A stretch of DNA of 64,000 nt from Bacteroidales bacterium (GCA_027858835.1 JAQIBY010000040.1:2382-66381), one strand, 5' to 3'. Shown: positions 26,406 to 37,507, counted from the stretch's first letter. Notes: generated from the sequence alone by a model not told the origin. Numbers and translations: made by a program.

Positions 26406-29400
26406 TTATGGGGTTTTTATTTCGGTTTCTTCCAGTTTTTTTGTTTCAGTTTCCTCCGGTTTTTTTGCAAAAGAAAAATAGCGTTTGAGTAAGCCCCGAA
26501 TTGTATTAAACGATTCTGTATAGAAAATGCCGACTCCTTGTGTATAAGGACCGTAGTCAAATTCGAGCTGAGATTGTGCGTTGGCTCTGGTAAATCCTTT
26601 GACACGTAAATTGCCGGATTTGTTGATTTTTACTTGTACTTCAACATCTCCGACAATATCTGAGGAGGTGTTTTCGTGTTCCCCAACCCCAACATTTCCG
26701 TTGATTAGTACTCTGTCGTTAAGGATTTGTGTTGAAAGTGCAACTTCGAGTTCCTGCGTGGTGATTTCATCACCCGGACGATAATTTACACCGATATCAA
26801 AATCGTCTGAAATTTGAGATAGCCAGTTACTAAGCTGGTTTGAGAGCAACTCAAAAGAGGTGACACCTGCAAGATTTGAGCCTCTGCTATCGCCGGCCAT
26901 TTGCATGTCATCGGGTGTATAGAACCTGTTGAGTACCAGCAAAGTCAATACTTGCTTATTTATTTCATCATCCGATAAGCTAGCAACTCTTGTTTTTGCT
27001 TTTTCATCGGCATTTGGTACTTCAATTGAGAATTTTATGTCAGGATTCATTAAGCTGCCACTCATTTTCATTATACATAAAACATCAGTTCTGCGCTTAT
27101 ACACATCGCTTGTATCAATGCCAATCATGATGTCATACAATGGAGCTTTGAGTTTATATGCCGCTTCAAGATCTAATTTTCCGTCAAGGGGATCCCCATC
27201 CCACGAAATCATTCCACCATCCTGAATAACAAATCGTTTGTTGATAATATTTTGCAGGGTAAATAAATAATCTCCGGATTTTATTTCCAGTTCTCCTTTC
27301 ATTGAGAAATCACCATCAGGATAAACCTCAATGCTTAAATCTCCCAAGGCATTTGCCCGAATCATATCTCCGACTTTCGGGTCAAACACAATTCGTGCTT
27401 CTGCATCCGGTGTTACCGACAAGTTCATTAAAAAAGTAACATCAAATGGCGTTTCAGGAATCAGGTCTTCAATGTTTTCACTGGTTGCAGAATCACTTAT
27501 GAAGCTAATCCATGGCTCATCGTCTGCTTCGTAATTGTCTGACATTGGAAGGACAAAAACGGTGTTTTTCTCAGTTAATGCTTCCGGAATATTTATGACA
27601 ATATCTTCAGTTCCTCCGCTAATATTTGCTGTGGCCGTAGCAAATGCAGATCCATAATATTGAGAGTTATCTACTTCTGTTGTGTTCATGATATGATAAT
27701 TAATCATATCAATATCAAAATCATATTTTATATTTTGAAACTTGTTGTGCGTGAGCTTGCCTTTTATGACACCTTTTCCGCCGGCTTCATCGGAAATCAG
27801 AAAGTTTTGGAACACAAGTGAATCTGTGTAAACAAACACAGTGTCATTCAAATTAAAGCGCGCCATCAGCATATCATAAGTTAAGCCTGCACGGTTAAAG
27901 TCTAATACGCCAATTATATCCGGGTCACTGAGTTTTCCGGTTACATCAATGCTTCCGTCAATACTTCCTTTGATATCCAATAATCCGGCATCTATCATGT
28001 AGGGTTCGAGCACCGCAAGTCCAAAATTATTGATGTTAACCGTTACATTGATGCTGTCATTGGTTGGGTTTACACCACCTCTGAAATCAAGATATTTACT
28101 GTTACCGTCAATTTTTAATGCATTGCTGAGATAATCCCAGGTCGCATTGATTTGTAACATTCCAAACTCTTCTTCATTGATATAAAGTTTCTGCAAATCA
28201 ATAAATGAACGGAAATTTATATTGTTGTAAGCATCTGCAAGTCTTCCATTGCTGTTGAATATTCCATGAATCTTATATCCACTTTGCTCCAAAAATCTGT
28301 TGAGAAGGCTAACATCAAAGTTTTGAATGTAATATCGCAAATCTTTTGCGGGATCGTTAGAGATATCTCCAACAAATTTAATCATTTGCTTTTCATTGTA
28401 AAATTGAATCGCCCCCAGATTAATTTCAGTTGTGTCGATTCGGATACGGGCTTCATCAAGCTTCCATTCCTGATTGTTTAAAATAAAATCGGATGGATAT
28501 AATTGAGTTACTAAGGCAATGTTGTCATTAAGCGATTTTTCAAACAGCACGGATGTGCTTAGGTTTCCGGCATAGCGTATGCTGTCATCAAGATTGTCCC
28601 ACGAAAGTGCAATAAACACTGAGTCTTTTTGTGATGCTGTTTCGATGCTCAGGTTGTTAAAAATATCACTGCCCTTGAAATTAAGGTAATCGGCATTAAT
28701 ATCTAAGAATAGAATTTCTTTATCAGCACTTAAACTAACGAGTAGATTTTTACTTGTGATTGTGTCGAATTGAATTTCCGGAGAATAAATTTCTAAATCG
28801 TAGATGTCTTTATTTGCATTTAAGTTTGCGCTCAGGCTTATTTCATGAGGGATAGAGAGTTGAGGCAGGAAAAATGCAGTCAATTCATCCAAATTAAAAA
28901 ATTTCGCATCGATTTTCAATACTCCCGGATTTGAAGCCATCCAATCTTCAGGCTTTTCTTCATCATCTGATAAAACAGGAAAATATTGATACACCATCGT
29001 ACTTAAAGCACTGAGTAAGTCACCGCTGTCATAGCTTCCACTTGTTGATATATCGAAATATTCGCTTTCAATTTGCAAAACTTGTTCATCAAGAATGTTT
29101 AAGCTGTTAATCACTAGGGTGTTGATTCTTGCTGTGTCCTGTTCTTTTCGATAATAAATATTTGAAAGTTGAAGTTCTCCCAACGCATCATTTAAGTTAC
29201 GTCCCTGCATGTCAGCAATTAAGAGTAGTCCTGCTTCAGTATCCGTTGTGTCAAAATTCAGTTCATCCAAATTTACTAAAAGGTCGGCACGGAAATCAAG
29301 TTTAGGAATATTGTTTTTTATCAGATAACCACCCATAAATTCCAGTTTGATATTTGGGTCGTCAATCATGATTTCTCCATTAAAGGATTTGTTAGTTAAG

Positions 29401-30860
29401 CGTCCGGCCAGATTTATTTCTGAGTAGGAGTACTGGTTGAAGTCCATTCTGGAGACTTTTGAACCCATTGCAATATCGTATTGCCCGAGAGAATCAAAGC
29501 TTCCATTCAGATTTGCTGACATGTCTAGCTCGCCAAGCATTTCCGTTTTATCAAGAATTTCCCCAATCTGAAGTGCATTGACGCTGATATCTCCATTGAA
29601 ATTGTAACGCTTGTTGGGAATGTCCGAAACGACTGCAAGGTCTGTCGTAATGCTTCCATAATCCGTAGTGAATTTTCCATTGGCGACAATGTCATTAAAC
29701 ATCCCAACTAAATCACCTTGGAATTTTACTGTTCCCAGTTTCTGGACATTTTCGGGCAATTGAAGCGTTTTCTTTTCATCAAACGGAGGGATGTAAATGC
29801 TTTGTGCATCACGTACCGAACTGGTAAGTTCTTTTATTTCGCCAAAGATAAATGCTTCTTCGAGTTCTGGCAAACCGTTTATGCTTATATCTGCAGCAAT
29901 GCGTGTGTCTCGCCCGTAAGTGAAAATAAAATCCTTTAATTTTATGTCAGCCAATGTGCCGGAAAGTTCTGCCCGCATATGAACTTTGTTGTCGAGGCCT
30001 TTCAGGTCGGGAGCAAAAAACACAGCATCTTTAATCCCGAGCATACTGGAGTCAATCTGAATGTCAAATTGCAGGTCTTCCCAAATATTATTCATGCTTG
30101 TATCCAAAACAGCAAGTTGCATTACGGGAGCGTGAATCATGCTGTTTCCTGTTTTTAGGAATAGATTGCTGACATGATACAGGCTGTCAGAAATTTCAAA
30201 GTAGCCACTCATTTTTTGCAATTCCATTCCTGATTTTTCCATAAATGCAAACTCGTTCATTTCCAGGGCAATGCTACCGTCGTACATCTGAAAGTCGTTA
30301 ATTCTTAGTGTAAAACCATCCACAAGCAAGTCATCAGTGTTTAGCGACTCAGGTGTTTCCGTGAACGGGTTGTTTTGCATTTTTAGGCAGGCATTCTGAA
30401 TCAGGAAACTTTCGCAAAAAATATCAAAACCCTCTCCCGAAGGTTCTTTTTCCTTATCGGATGCAAATTTGTCCAATAGAAATTGAAAATTAAAAACTCC
30501 TGCACTGTCAGATTCAACACAAATTTTTGGTTCATCCAATAAGACCTCACTGATATATATTCGTTTGTCCCGGAGTTTTACGGCGGAAATTTTTACTAAG
30601 ATTTCTTTGGAATAAACCAAAGTGTCGCCTGTTTGGTCCGGAATATAGAGTTCGTTTAGTACCAAATGGTTTGGTAATTTAACTTCGACAGATTCAATTT
30701 CAATTTTGATTTCATATCGATTCGCCATGAATGTAATAACGTGCTCAGTGAGCCATGTTTGGATGCTTGCAGACTGAAATACAATAAAACCGATCGCCAG
30801 CAGTCGTAAAAACCACAGCAGTATAATTAAGAGTATTCGGTATATCTTTCGTTTAAACAC
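26406..30860 (-). CDS. tamB: Translocation and assembly module protein TamB-like (DUF490 family)
   Basis: 1484 aa, GTG start, N-terminal membrane anchor (ILLIILLWFLRLLAIGFIVF), a very long beta-rich body and a DUF490-like C-terminal region. It is divergent from tsaD, as is common in Bacteroidota. Confidence 0.7.
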   Translation of the reverse strand: MFKRKIYRILLIILLWFLRLLAIGFIVFQSASIQTWLTEHVITFMANRYEIKIEIESVEVKLPNHLVLNELYIPDQTGDTLVYSKEILVKISAVKLRDKRIYISEVLLDEPKICVESDSAGVFNFQFLLDKFASDKEKEPSGEGFDIFCESFLIQNACLKMQNNPFTETPESLNTDDLLVDGFTLRINDFQMYDGSIALEMNEFAFMEKSGMELQKMSGYFEISDSLYHVSNLFLKTGNSMIHAPVMQLAVLDTSMNNIWEDLQFDIQIDSSMLGIKDAVFFAPDLKGLDNKVHMRAELSGTLADIKLKDFIFTYGRDTRIAADISINGLPELEEAFIFGEIKELTSSVRDAQSIYIPPFDEKKTLQLPENVQKLGTVKFQGDLVGMFNDIVANGKFTTDYGSITTDLAVVSDIPNKRYNFNGDISVNALQIGEILDKTEMLGELDMSANLNGSFDSLGQYDIAMGSKVSRMDFNQYSYSEINLAGRLTNKSFNGEIMIDDPNIKLEFMGGYLIKNNIPKLDFRADLLVNLDELNFDTTDTEAGLLLIADMQGRNLNDALGELQLSNIYYRKEQDTARINTLVINSLNILDEQVLQIESEYFDISTSGSYDSGDLLSALSTMVYQYFPVLSDDEEKPEDWMASNPGVLKIDAKFFNLDELTAFFLPQLSIPHEISLSANLNANKDIYDLEIYSPEIQFDTITSKNLLVSLSADKEILFLDINADYLNFKGSDIFNNLSIETASQKDSVFIALSWDNLDDSIRYAGNLSTSVLFEKSLNDNIALVTQLYPSDFILNNQEWKLDEARIRIDTTEINLGAIQFYNEKQMIKFVGDISNDPAKDLRYYIQNFDVSLLNRFLEQSGYKIHGIFNSNGRLADAYNNINFRSFIDLQKLYINEEEFGMLQINATWDYLSNALKIDGNSKYLDFRGGVNPTNDSINVTVNINNFGLAVLEPYMIDAGLLDIKGSIDGSIDVTGKLSDPDIIGVLDFNRAGLTYDMLMARFNLNDTVFVYTDSLVFQNFLISDEAGGKGVIKGKLTHNKFQNIKYDFDIDMINYHIMNTTEVDNSQYYGSAFATATANISGGTEDIVINIPEALTEKNTVFVLPMSDNYEADDEPWISFISDSATSENIEDLIPETPFDVTFLMNLSVTPDAEARIVFDPKVGDMIRANALGDLSIEVYPDGDFSMKGELEIKSGDYLFTLQNIINKRFVIQDGGMISWDGDPLDGKLDLEAAYKLKAPLYDIMIGIDTSDVYKRRTDVLCIMKMSGSLMNPDIKFSIEVPNADEKAKTRVASLSDDEINKQVLTLLVLNRFYTPDDMQMAGDSRGSNLAGVTSFELLSNQLSNWLSQISDDFDIGVNYRPGDEITTQELEVALSTQILNDRVLINGNVGVGEHENTSSDIVGDVEVQVKINKSGNLRVKGFTRANAQSQLEFDYGPYTQGVGIFYTESFNTIRGLLKRYFSFAKKPEETETKKLEETEIKTP

Positions 30861-30876
30861 AATACGTTATTTGGTA

Positions 30877-30884
30877 CAAAAATA
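30877..30884 (-). promoter_or_regulatory. -7 promoter box (TATTTTTG) upstream of tamB
   Basis: The reverse strand reads TATTTTTG, 16 nt upstream of the GTG at 30860. Confidence 0.4.
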
Positions 30885-30937
30885 ACAAAGGCAATCATAT
30901 TTTAGCAAAATCAGTGCGCAAAAAACGTGCAAATACT

Positions 30938-30945
30938 TAACTTTG
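30938..30945 (+). promoter_or_regulatory. -7 promoter box (TAACTTTG) upstream of tsaD
   Basis: Lies 14 nt upstream of the ATG at 30960. Confidence 0.4.
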
Positions 30946-30959
30946 TGAAAATTTAATTC

Positions 30960-31991
30960 ATGTCAAAGATTATTCTCGGAATAGAAACCTCTTGTGATGA
31001 TACCTCTGCAGCAGTTCTCAGGGGGGAGGATGTCATGAGCAATGTGATTGCGAGTCAAGCTGTTCATGAAAAGTATGGTGGCGTTGTTCCAGAATTGGCA
31101 TCAAGGGCTCATGAGCAAAATATCATTCCGGTTGTTGATGCCGCGTTAAAGGATGCCGGTGTGAAAGTTGAGGATTTAGATGCCATTGCCTATACGCGCG
31201 GCCCTGGACTTTTGGGAAGTTTATTAGTCGGCAGCAGTTTTGTAAAGGGGCTGAGTTTAGCGAGTAATCTGCCGATGATTGAAATTAATCACTTGCACGG
31301 TCATATTTTTGCACATTTTTTACGTGATGCCGATAATCGGGATGAACCCCGTCCTCGCTTTCCGTTTTTAAATCTTTTAGTTTCTGGGGGACATACCCAA
31401 ATTATTATTGTGAAAGATTATATGGATTTTGAAATACTTGGAGGAACAATTGATGACGCTGCCGGTGAAGCCTTTGATAAATGTGCGAAGGTGATGGGCT
31501 TGGGATATCCCGGAGGACCGGTTATTGACAAATTGGCAAAATCAGGAAATATTGATGCATTTACCTTTGCAAAACCCCGAATTGCCGGTCTGGATTTTAG
31601 TTTTAGCGGACTGAAAACCTCATTTTTGTATCTTATCCGAGATCATCTGAAAGCAAATCCGCACTTTATCGAACAAGAAAAGGAAAATTTGTCAGCCTCT
31701 ATTCAGTCGAGTATCGTTGAAATATTGAAAGATAAACTTGTTAAAGCATCCCGAGAAACCGGAATAAAAGAGGTTGCTGCATCGGGAGGGGTTTCTGCAA
31801 ACTCACACCTAAAAGCAGTATTAACTGAAACTGCAAAGCATGAAAATTGGACATTGCATATCCCTCGATTGAAGTACACCACTGACAATGCAGCAATGAT
31901 TGCTCTGATTGGATATTATAAGTTTTTGAAAGGAGAATTTGCAACACATGAACTAACTCCGGTGGCAAGAATGAAAGTAATTCAGAAATAA
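30960..31991 (+). CDS. tsaD: tRNA N6-adenosine threonylcarbamoyltransferase
   Basis: 343 aa. ILGIETSCDDTSAAV, NHLHGHI and SGGVSAN motifs of Kae1/TsaD. Confidence 0.95.
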   Translation: MSKIILGIETSCDDTSAAVLRGEDVMSNVIASQAVHEKYGGVVPELASRAHEQNIIPVVDAALKDAGVKVEDLDAIAYTRGPGLLGSLLVGSSFVKGLSLASNLPMIEINHLHGHIFAHFLRDADNRDEPRPRFPFLNLLVSGGHTQIIIVKDYMDFEILGGTIDDAAGEAFDKCAKVMGLGYPGGPVIDKLAKSGNIDAFTFAKPRIAGLDFSFSGLKTSFLYLIRDHLKANPHFIEQEKENLSASIQSSIVEILKDKLVKASRETGIKEVAASGGVSANSHLKAVLTETAKHENWTLHIPRLKYTTDNAAMIALIGYYKFLKGEFATHELTPVARMKVIQK

Positions 31992-32094
31992 ATTTTCAAT
32001 CAGGCAACGAAAAATAAAAAAAATGGTCTGATAATTGTAAAATAATACTTTGACAAAAAAATCGGTTTAAAGAAAAAAAATATACGTTTTTAAT

Positions 32095-32102
32095 TACATT
32101 TG
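32095..32102 (+). promoter_or_regulatory. -7 promoter box (TACATTTG) upstream of the DUF1573 gene
   Basis: Lies 25 nt upstream of the ATG at 32128. Confidence 0.4.
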
Positions 32103-32127
32103 TTTAATATTTTAAAAAAATCAAGTT

Positions 32128-33234
32128 ATGAAACGAATTTTAAGTATAAGTCTTTCTCTGTTCCTGATGATTAGTTTGGCTTCTAATGCACAACAAAAAG
32201 GAGCAACTGTATCATGGGATAAAACCTCTCACGATTTTGGAACCTTTAAAGAAGAGTCTGGAAAACAAACGGCAACCTTTACGTTTAAAAACACTGGGAA
32301 TGAGAATTTGGTGATAACGAATGTGCGTTCATCTTGTGGTTGCACCGCTCCTGATTGGACTAAAACTCCTGTTAAGCCGGGTGAAGAAGGTTTTGTTAAG
32401 GCAATATATAACCCCAAAAATCGTCCTGGAAAATTTAATAAATCAATCACGGTTACCACGAATGCCAATCCTCCGACAGCCATCATGCGCATTACCGGAA
32501 ATGTAACTGCAAGAGAAAAAACGATTGAAGACAATTATCCCAAGGCGTTTGGAGATTTGCGTCTGAAAACTTCTCACGTTGCTTTTGTAAAAATTACAAA
32601 TAATGAGATTAAAACAGAAAAGCTCGAAGTTGTCAACATGAGTGAAAAACCCATAACAATGGATTTTCAAAACGTCCCTTCACACATTAAAATCGAGGCA
32701 AAACCAAAAACCTTACAAGGAATGAAAGCCGGTGAAAAACATGGCGAAAAAGGAGTGATTGTTATAACTTACAATGCAAAAGCAAAAGGTGACTACGGTT
32801 TTGTAATTGACAGATTGTACCTCGTGCTAAATGGCGAGAAAAACCATCAAAACAGACTGTCAGTTAGTGCAACAATTGAAGAGGACTTTTCACACTTAAC
32901 TCCTGAGGAGCTTGCTAATGCACCGAAGGCGGAATTTGAGAATACAGATTTTGATTTTGGAACCTTAAAGCAAAAAGAAAAAGCATCTAATAAATATAAA
33001 TTCACAAATACTGGCAAATCCGATTTAGTAATTCGCAAACTTAAAGCAAGTTGTGGTTGTACTGCCACCAAGCCTGAAAAAGATGTGATTAAACCCGGTG
33101 AATCAAGTTATATTGATGTTACCTTTAATTCTTCCGGAAAACGCGGAAAACAACGCAAAACGATTACTGTAATTACCAATGACCCGAAAGAGTCAACCGT
33201 TCGCCTGACTATTAGCGGAAATGTAGAGATATAG
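32128..33234 (+). CDS. DUF1573 domain-containing secreted protein (three Ig-like modules)
   Basis: 368 aa with a signal peptide. The first and last modules carry the DUF1573 hallmark (F.F.N.G...L.I..V..SCGCT). Confidence 0.8.
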   Translation: MKRILSISLSLFLMISLASNAQQKGATVSWDKTSHDFGTFKEESGKQTATFTFKNTGNENLVITNVRSSCGCTAPDWTKTPVKPGEEGFVKAIYNPKNRPGKFNKSITVTTNANPPTAIMRITGNVTAREKTIEDNYPKAFGDLRLKTSHVAFVKITNNEIKTEKLEVVNMSEKPITMDFQNVPSHIKIEAKPKTLQGMKAGEKHGEKGVIVITYNAKAKGDYGFVIDRLYLVLNGEKNHQNRLSVSATIEEDFSHLTPEELANAPKAEFENTDFDFGTLKQKEKASNKYKFTNTGKSDLVIRKLKASCGCTATKPEKDVIKPGESSYIDVTFNSSGKRGKQRKTITVITNDPKESTVRLTISGNVEI

Positions 33235-33254
33235 AAAGTGTTTAAAATATAGAG

Positions 33255-33287
33255 AAAAAGCCTTCGAGTTTTCGGAGGCTTTTTTTG
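33255..33287 (+). terminator. Rho-independent terminator after the DUF1573 gene
   Basis: aaaaagccttcgagttttcggaggcttttttt: an 8-bp stem with one wobble, followed by a T-run. Confidence 0.6.
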
Positions 33288-33318
33288 TTGGTGTTGAATC
33301 AAATGAAATGATGTTTCA

Positions 33319-33326
33319 TATTTTTG
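33319..33326 (+). promoter_or_regulatory. -7 promoter box (TATTTTTG) upstream of the S8 peptidase
   Basis: Lies 26 nt upstream of the ATG at 33353. Confidence 0.4.
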
Positions 33327-33352
33327 TATCTTGCAAGAAACAAAATTGAAGA

Positions 33353-36118
33353 ATGATGAGAAATTTTCTTGTATTTACGATAGGAGTCTGTCTGTTTTTG
33401 TGCTTTAATGTCGCTTTGCAGGCGCAAGAAAAGCCCCAGCAAGTTCCGGGTAAAATTGTACTCAAATTGTCAGACAATTCTGTGAAAACCCAAGATGTTT
33501 TAGCATTTTTATCATCAAAATATGATATTGCACATATTAATAGAGCCTTCCCATCGGCTGAAAAGCCTACGAGATCATCCATAAATGGACATCAAACCAT
33601 AGATTTAAGTCGATATGTTGAAATTCAATTAACATCTAATTTACAAAAAAGTGCTTGTATTCAAGATTTGAATAAATCTGAATTTGTAGAATATGCTGAA
33701 CCACGCTATATCCCTGAATTGTTATATGTCACTGATGATCCAAACCATGAAAGCCAATATTATCTTAGTACCATTCATGCCTATGATGCATGGGATCTGC
33801 ATCAATCTGATACAAATATGGTTATAGCGATTGTGGATACAGGAATTGATATGGATCATGAAGATTTAATTTATAATATTGCTTATAATTTCGATGACCC
33901 CATTGATGGTATTGATAATGACAATGATGGCTATGTTGATAATTTCAGAGGCTGGGATATGGGTGATAATGATAATTTTCCGCAAAATGAGATGAATGAA
34001 CATGGTACGCTGTGTGCCGGAATGGCAGCAGCGCATACCGATAATGGACTCGGCATTGCAGGCGTTGGTTTTAAATCTCGAATTCTCCCGATAAAAGTGC
34101 AGGATGCTGATAGTTTATTAACTCGTGCTTATGAAGGCATCGTTTATGCTGCTGATCAGGGGGCTCACATTATTAATTGTTCATGGGGAAATACGCATTA
34201 TGCACAATTTGAACAAGATATTATTCAGTATGCTACAATAAATAAAGATGCACTTGTCGTGGCATCAGCCGGAAATGATAATAATGATGTTAATTTTTAT
34301 CCGGCAAGTTATGATTATGCTTTATCAGTTGCCGGAACTACCAGTGCAGATGAAAAATGGACCCCTGAAAACGGAAATTCCACAGGTGGATCGAGCTTTG
34401 GTTATCATGTGGATATTTGTGCTCCCGGAATCCGAATTATGACAACATCAGACGGTAATGATTACCGACAAGCTTATGCAGGAACTTCATTTTCTGCTCC
34501 AATTGTTGCTGGAGCGGCCGGCGTTCTGCGCTCTCAATATCCTCAGCTTTCAGCGCTACAAAGTATTGAGCATTTGAAAAACACTGCTGATAATATTGAT
34601 ACCATTGCATACAACGAGCCTTGGCAGGGGATGCTGGGTGCCGGAAGACTTAATATGTATCGCGCAGTCTCAGAAGATTTTAAACCCGGCTTAGTGTTTA
34701 AAAACATCCAAATTTATGACGATAGTGAAAACAACTTTGAAAACACAGCTATTGTTGAAATTCAAGGAATGCTTTTTAATTATTTGCATGATGCAGAAAA
34801 TGTTGAGCTTGCAGTTTCTATGCACAGCAATAATGCCACAGTTTTAACTCCAAATTTTGTTTTAGGCAGTATAGACAGTCTTTCTTATTTGACAATTAAT
34901 GATTCCGGAATCCAAATTGAATTAGATGAGCCAATCAGTTACGATGAAAAAGTTATTGTAAAACTTGAAATTACTGCCGATAATTTCTCCAGAACACAAT
35001 ATATCGAGTTTCTTGTTAATCCATCTTTCGCAAATATTAGTAATGGGAGTATATTGTTAAGTGTCCCGGCAAACGGGAAACTTGGCTTTGCAGATAGTTA
35101 TAGACAGATTGGTAACGGATTAAATTACAATGAATTCAGGGATTTGTTTTACGATGCAGCATGGGTAATGGGAAATGCCACCGATGCACTTATTGATGCA
35201 GTTCGGGTTAACACTGAGTTTCAAATGACGCTCCCAAGTTCAATTACAGATGATGATTTTGCCGACGAGGCGCTCGTTTCTCAATTTCTTGCATATGATG
35301 TTGAATCGGCACTTAATCTTGAAATTAATCAAAAAGTCTTTGCTTGGTATGATTTGCCGAATGCCTTATTAATAGAGTTGGATATTGTCAATCAAAACAT
35401 TGTAAGTGCAAGTAACTTTTATGCATCACTTTTTACGGATTGGGATTTGTTTAAATACAACAGAAATCGAATCTCATGGGATGAGATAAAGCAAATTGCC
35501 TACACTGAGCACACCGGCGATGTCAATCTTTATGCCGGATATATCCTTTTATCCGATCAGAGCATTAACCATTATGCAATGGATCAGTTGAATTACTCAG
35601 GTGGCTTGGTTGACATGACAAACGGATTGAGTGTTGAGGAAAAGTTTTATTCTATGTCAAATACAAATCATACTGTCGGACAAGTTGGATACGGGACAGA
35701 TGTTGCGCAAATGTTTGGTGCCGGGCCGATGAATATTGACGCACAAGACACAGTGAAAATTGCGATTGGCATGCTCGTAGCACAAAGTTTTTATGAGTTA
35801 CAAGTTGCTGCCGATAGTTTGCGGAGTAATTATCAGAGTATGTATCCGGAGGACTCAGGGATTGTGAGCAATGAAAATTCAGATTTTGTTTTCTATCCGA
35901 ATCCGCTTGATGATGAATTGTTTTTAAATTTCTCCAATGCTGTTTCCGGAGATTGTGAAATTCGCATTTATGATGTGAATGCAAGATTGGTTTATGAAAA
36001 TAAAGTGCCAACAACGAAACAAAGCATTCACCTAAATTTACCTGCAGGAATTTATCAATTAGCAGTCCAGATTGACTCGCATTTTTATCAGAACAAGCTT
36101 ATTATTCTTCATGATTAA
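33353..36118 (+). CDS. S8 family (subtilisin-like) serine peptidase with T9SS type-A C-terminal sorting domain
   Basis: 921 aa. Catalytic triad contexts VAIVDTGID, NEHGTLCAG and GTSFSAPIVAG. The C-terminus is FVFYPNPLDDELFLNF...GIYQLAVQI...KLIILHD. Confidence 0.9.
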   Translation: MMRNFLVFTIGVCLFLCFNVALQAQEKPQQVPGKIVLKLSDNSVKTQDVLAFLSSKYDIAHINRAFPSAEKPTRSSINGHQTIDLSRYVEIQLTSNLQKSACIQDLNKSEFVEYAEPRYIPELLYVTDDPNHESQYYLSTIHAYDAWDLHQSDTNMVIAIVDTGIDMDHEDLIYNIAYNFDDPIDGIDNDNDGYVDNFRGWDMGDNDNFPQNEMNEHGTLCAGMAAAHTDNGLGIAGVGFKSRILPIKVQDADSLLTRAYEGIVYAADQGAHIINCSWGNTHYAQFEQDIIQYATINKDALVVASAGNDNNDVNFYPASYDYALSVAGTTSADEKWTPENGNSTGGSSFGYHVDICAPGIRIMTTSDGNDYRQAYAGTSFSAPIVAGAAGVLRSQYPQLSALQSIEHLKNTADNIDTIAYNEPWQGMLGAGRLNMYRAVSEDFKPGLVFKNIQIYDDSENNFENTAIVEIQGMLFNYLHDAENVELAVSMHSNNATVLTPNFVLGSIDSLSYLTINDSGIQIELDEPISYDEKVIVKLEITADNFSRTQYIEFLVNPSFANISNGSILLSVPANGKLGFADSYRQIGNGLNYNEFRDLFYDAAWVMGNATDALIDAVRVNTEFQMTLPSSITDDDFADEALVSQFLAYDVESALNLEINQKVFAWYDLPNALLIELDIVNQNIVSASNFYASLFTDWDLFKYNRNRISWDEIKQIAYTEHTGDVNLYAGYILLSDQSINHYAMDQLNYSGGLVDMTNGLSVEEKFYSMSNTNHTVGQVGYGTDVAQMFGAGPMNIDAQDTVKIAIGMLVAQSFYELQVAADSLRSNYQSMYPEDSGIVSNENSDFVFYPNPLDDELFLNFSNAVSGDCEIRIYDVNARLVYENKVPTTKQSIHLNLPAGIYQLAVQIDSHFYQNKLIILHD

Positions 36119-36166
36119 GTACCGGGTTGTTTTTTTTTGCCAAGATTGAAAGGCGTCTGCTTTCTT

Positions 36167-36865
36167 TTATTTGTGAAGTAAATGTGGGTTAAGTTTTTCA
36201 AAGTTTTGAATCAGAAGTTCAGGTTTTTTTAAACTTTTAATCATCCAATCCAACCTTAAATCCCGATTTCTATCATAGGGAAGATGCCAGTCGATATCCG
36301 ATTGATGGAGTTTCCAAACCAAGTGATGCAAACAAATTGCTGCTGACACGGAAATATTAAAACTTTCAGTGAATCCATACATGGGAATTTTCATGAATTC
36401 ATCGGCTTCCTGCATGACATCTTCTGATATGCCGGGTACTTCAGAGCCAAAAACCAATGCAACTTTCCCTTTTGTTAAATCAAACGATTCAAGATTAACA
36501 TCGTTTTTATGTGGCGTGGTTGCAACAATCCGGTAGCCTTGTTTTTTTAATTTCCGAAGCGCCGGAATGGTGTTTTTAGCTTTTTGGTCATGGAAATGAA
36601 GGTCTATCCATTTATCGGAGCCCATTGCGACATCTGGGTTTATTTTGTAGTTGTAATTGTTTTCAATGATGTGTACATCTTGAATTCCAAAACAGTCACA
36701 GGTTCTTAATACTGCCGATGCATTTTGTGATTGATAAATGTCTTCTAATACGACAGTAAGATGTTCTGTTCTGTTTTGCAGGATTTCATCAAAACGTAAA
36801 ATCCTTCTTTCCAGAAGAAATTGGGAAAGATAAGTGATGAGTTGGTCTCGGTACGTTGTTTTCAT
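36167..36865 (-). CDS. SpoU/TrmH-family RNA 2'-O-methyltransferase
   Basis: 232 aa. NASAVLRTCDCFGIQDVHII, ALVFGSEVPGIS and IPMYGFTESFNISVSAAICL are SpoU motifs. Confidence 0.75.
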   Translation of the reverse strand: MKTTYRDQLITYLSQFLLERRILRFDEILQNRTEHLTVVLEDIYQSQNASAVLRTCDCFGIQDVHIIENNYNYKINPDVAMGSDKWIDLHFHDQKAKNTIPALRKLKKQGYRIVATTPHKNDVNLESFDLTKGKVALVFGSEVPGISEDVMQEADEFMKIPMYGFTESFNISVSAAICLHHLVWKLHQSDIDWHLPYDRNRDLRLDWMIKSLKKPELLIQNFEKLNPHLLHK

Positions 36866-36877
36866 TTTTGTTTAATG

Positions 36878-36908
36878 AAAAAAAAAGGAGCAATAACGCT
36901 CCTTTTTT
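36878..36908 (-). terminator. Terminator downstream of hup
   Basis: The reverse strand reads aaaaaaggagcgttattgctcc followed by a T-run: a 5-6 bp GC-containing stem. Confidence 0.6.
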
Positions 36909-36926
36909 ACATTCTGTATTAACTAA

Positions 36927-37202
36927 TTATTTTACAGAGTCTTTCAATTCGCTACCAGCAGAAAATTTAACAACTTTTTTAGCTGGAATATTGATTACTT
37001 CGTTTGGTTTTTGTGGATTTCTACCTTTACGGGCAGCTCTTTCAGAAACTGAGAAAGATCCAAATCCTACCAATGCTACACGGTCACCTTTTTTCAGTGA
37101 GTCAGTAGTTGCTCCGATAAATCCGTCGAGAGCTTTTTTTGCGTCTGCTTTAGTCAGACCAGCTTTTTCAGCCATTGCATCAATTAATTGTGCTTTGTTC
37201 AT
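36927..37202 (-). CDS. hup: HU family DNA-binding protein
   Basis: 91 aa. [28 protein letters not shown]...[19 protein letters not shown] is canonical HU. Confidence 0.9.
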   Translation of the reverse strand: MNKAQLIDAMAEKAGLTKADAKKALDGFIGATTDSLKKGDRVALVGFGSFSVSERAARKGRNPQKPNEVINIPAKKVVKFSAGSELKDSVK

Positions 37203-37248
37203 AATACTAAGGTTTTAAGGTTAATTAAACTTTTGTTACTTCTGAATG

Positions 37249-37256
37249 CAAATATA
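37249..37256 (-). promoter_or_regulatory. -7 promoter box (TATATTTG) upstream of hup
   Basis: The reverse strand reads TATATTTG, 47 nt upstream of the ATG at 37202. Confidence 0.35.
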
Positions 37257-37507
37257 TGGCATTGTGGGACTTTTGCAAGTTTCTGGTTAAAAAACTTGGA
37301 TTTTGTTAATAAGTAAGGACTGATTGTTAATAAACCCGCCTTTATTAGAGGGTTTTAGCCGATTCTTCATGAAATTCAGGGAACTAAAGTATAATCATAA
37401 AACATAGAAAGCGATAAAAACGACATGTAATATTTTGATAAGCATTTATGTTATTATGCTTTTTTTAATAAAAGTGAAATTAATTTTTGTTTCTTTAAAA
37501 ATGATAC

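Noticed and set aside
36856-37218. A 120-aa plus-strand ORF
   Set aside because: It is fully antisense to the well-supported HU gene (36927-37202) and spans a terminator hairpin. It has no family features.
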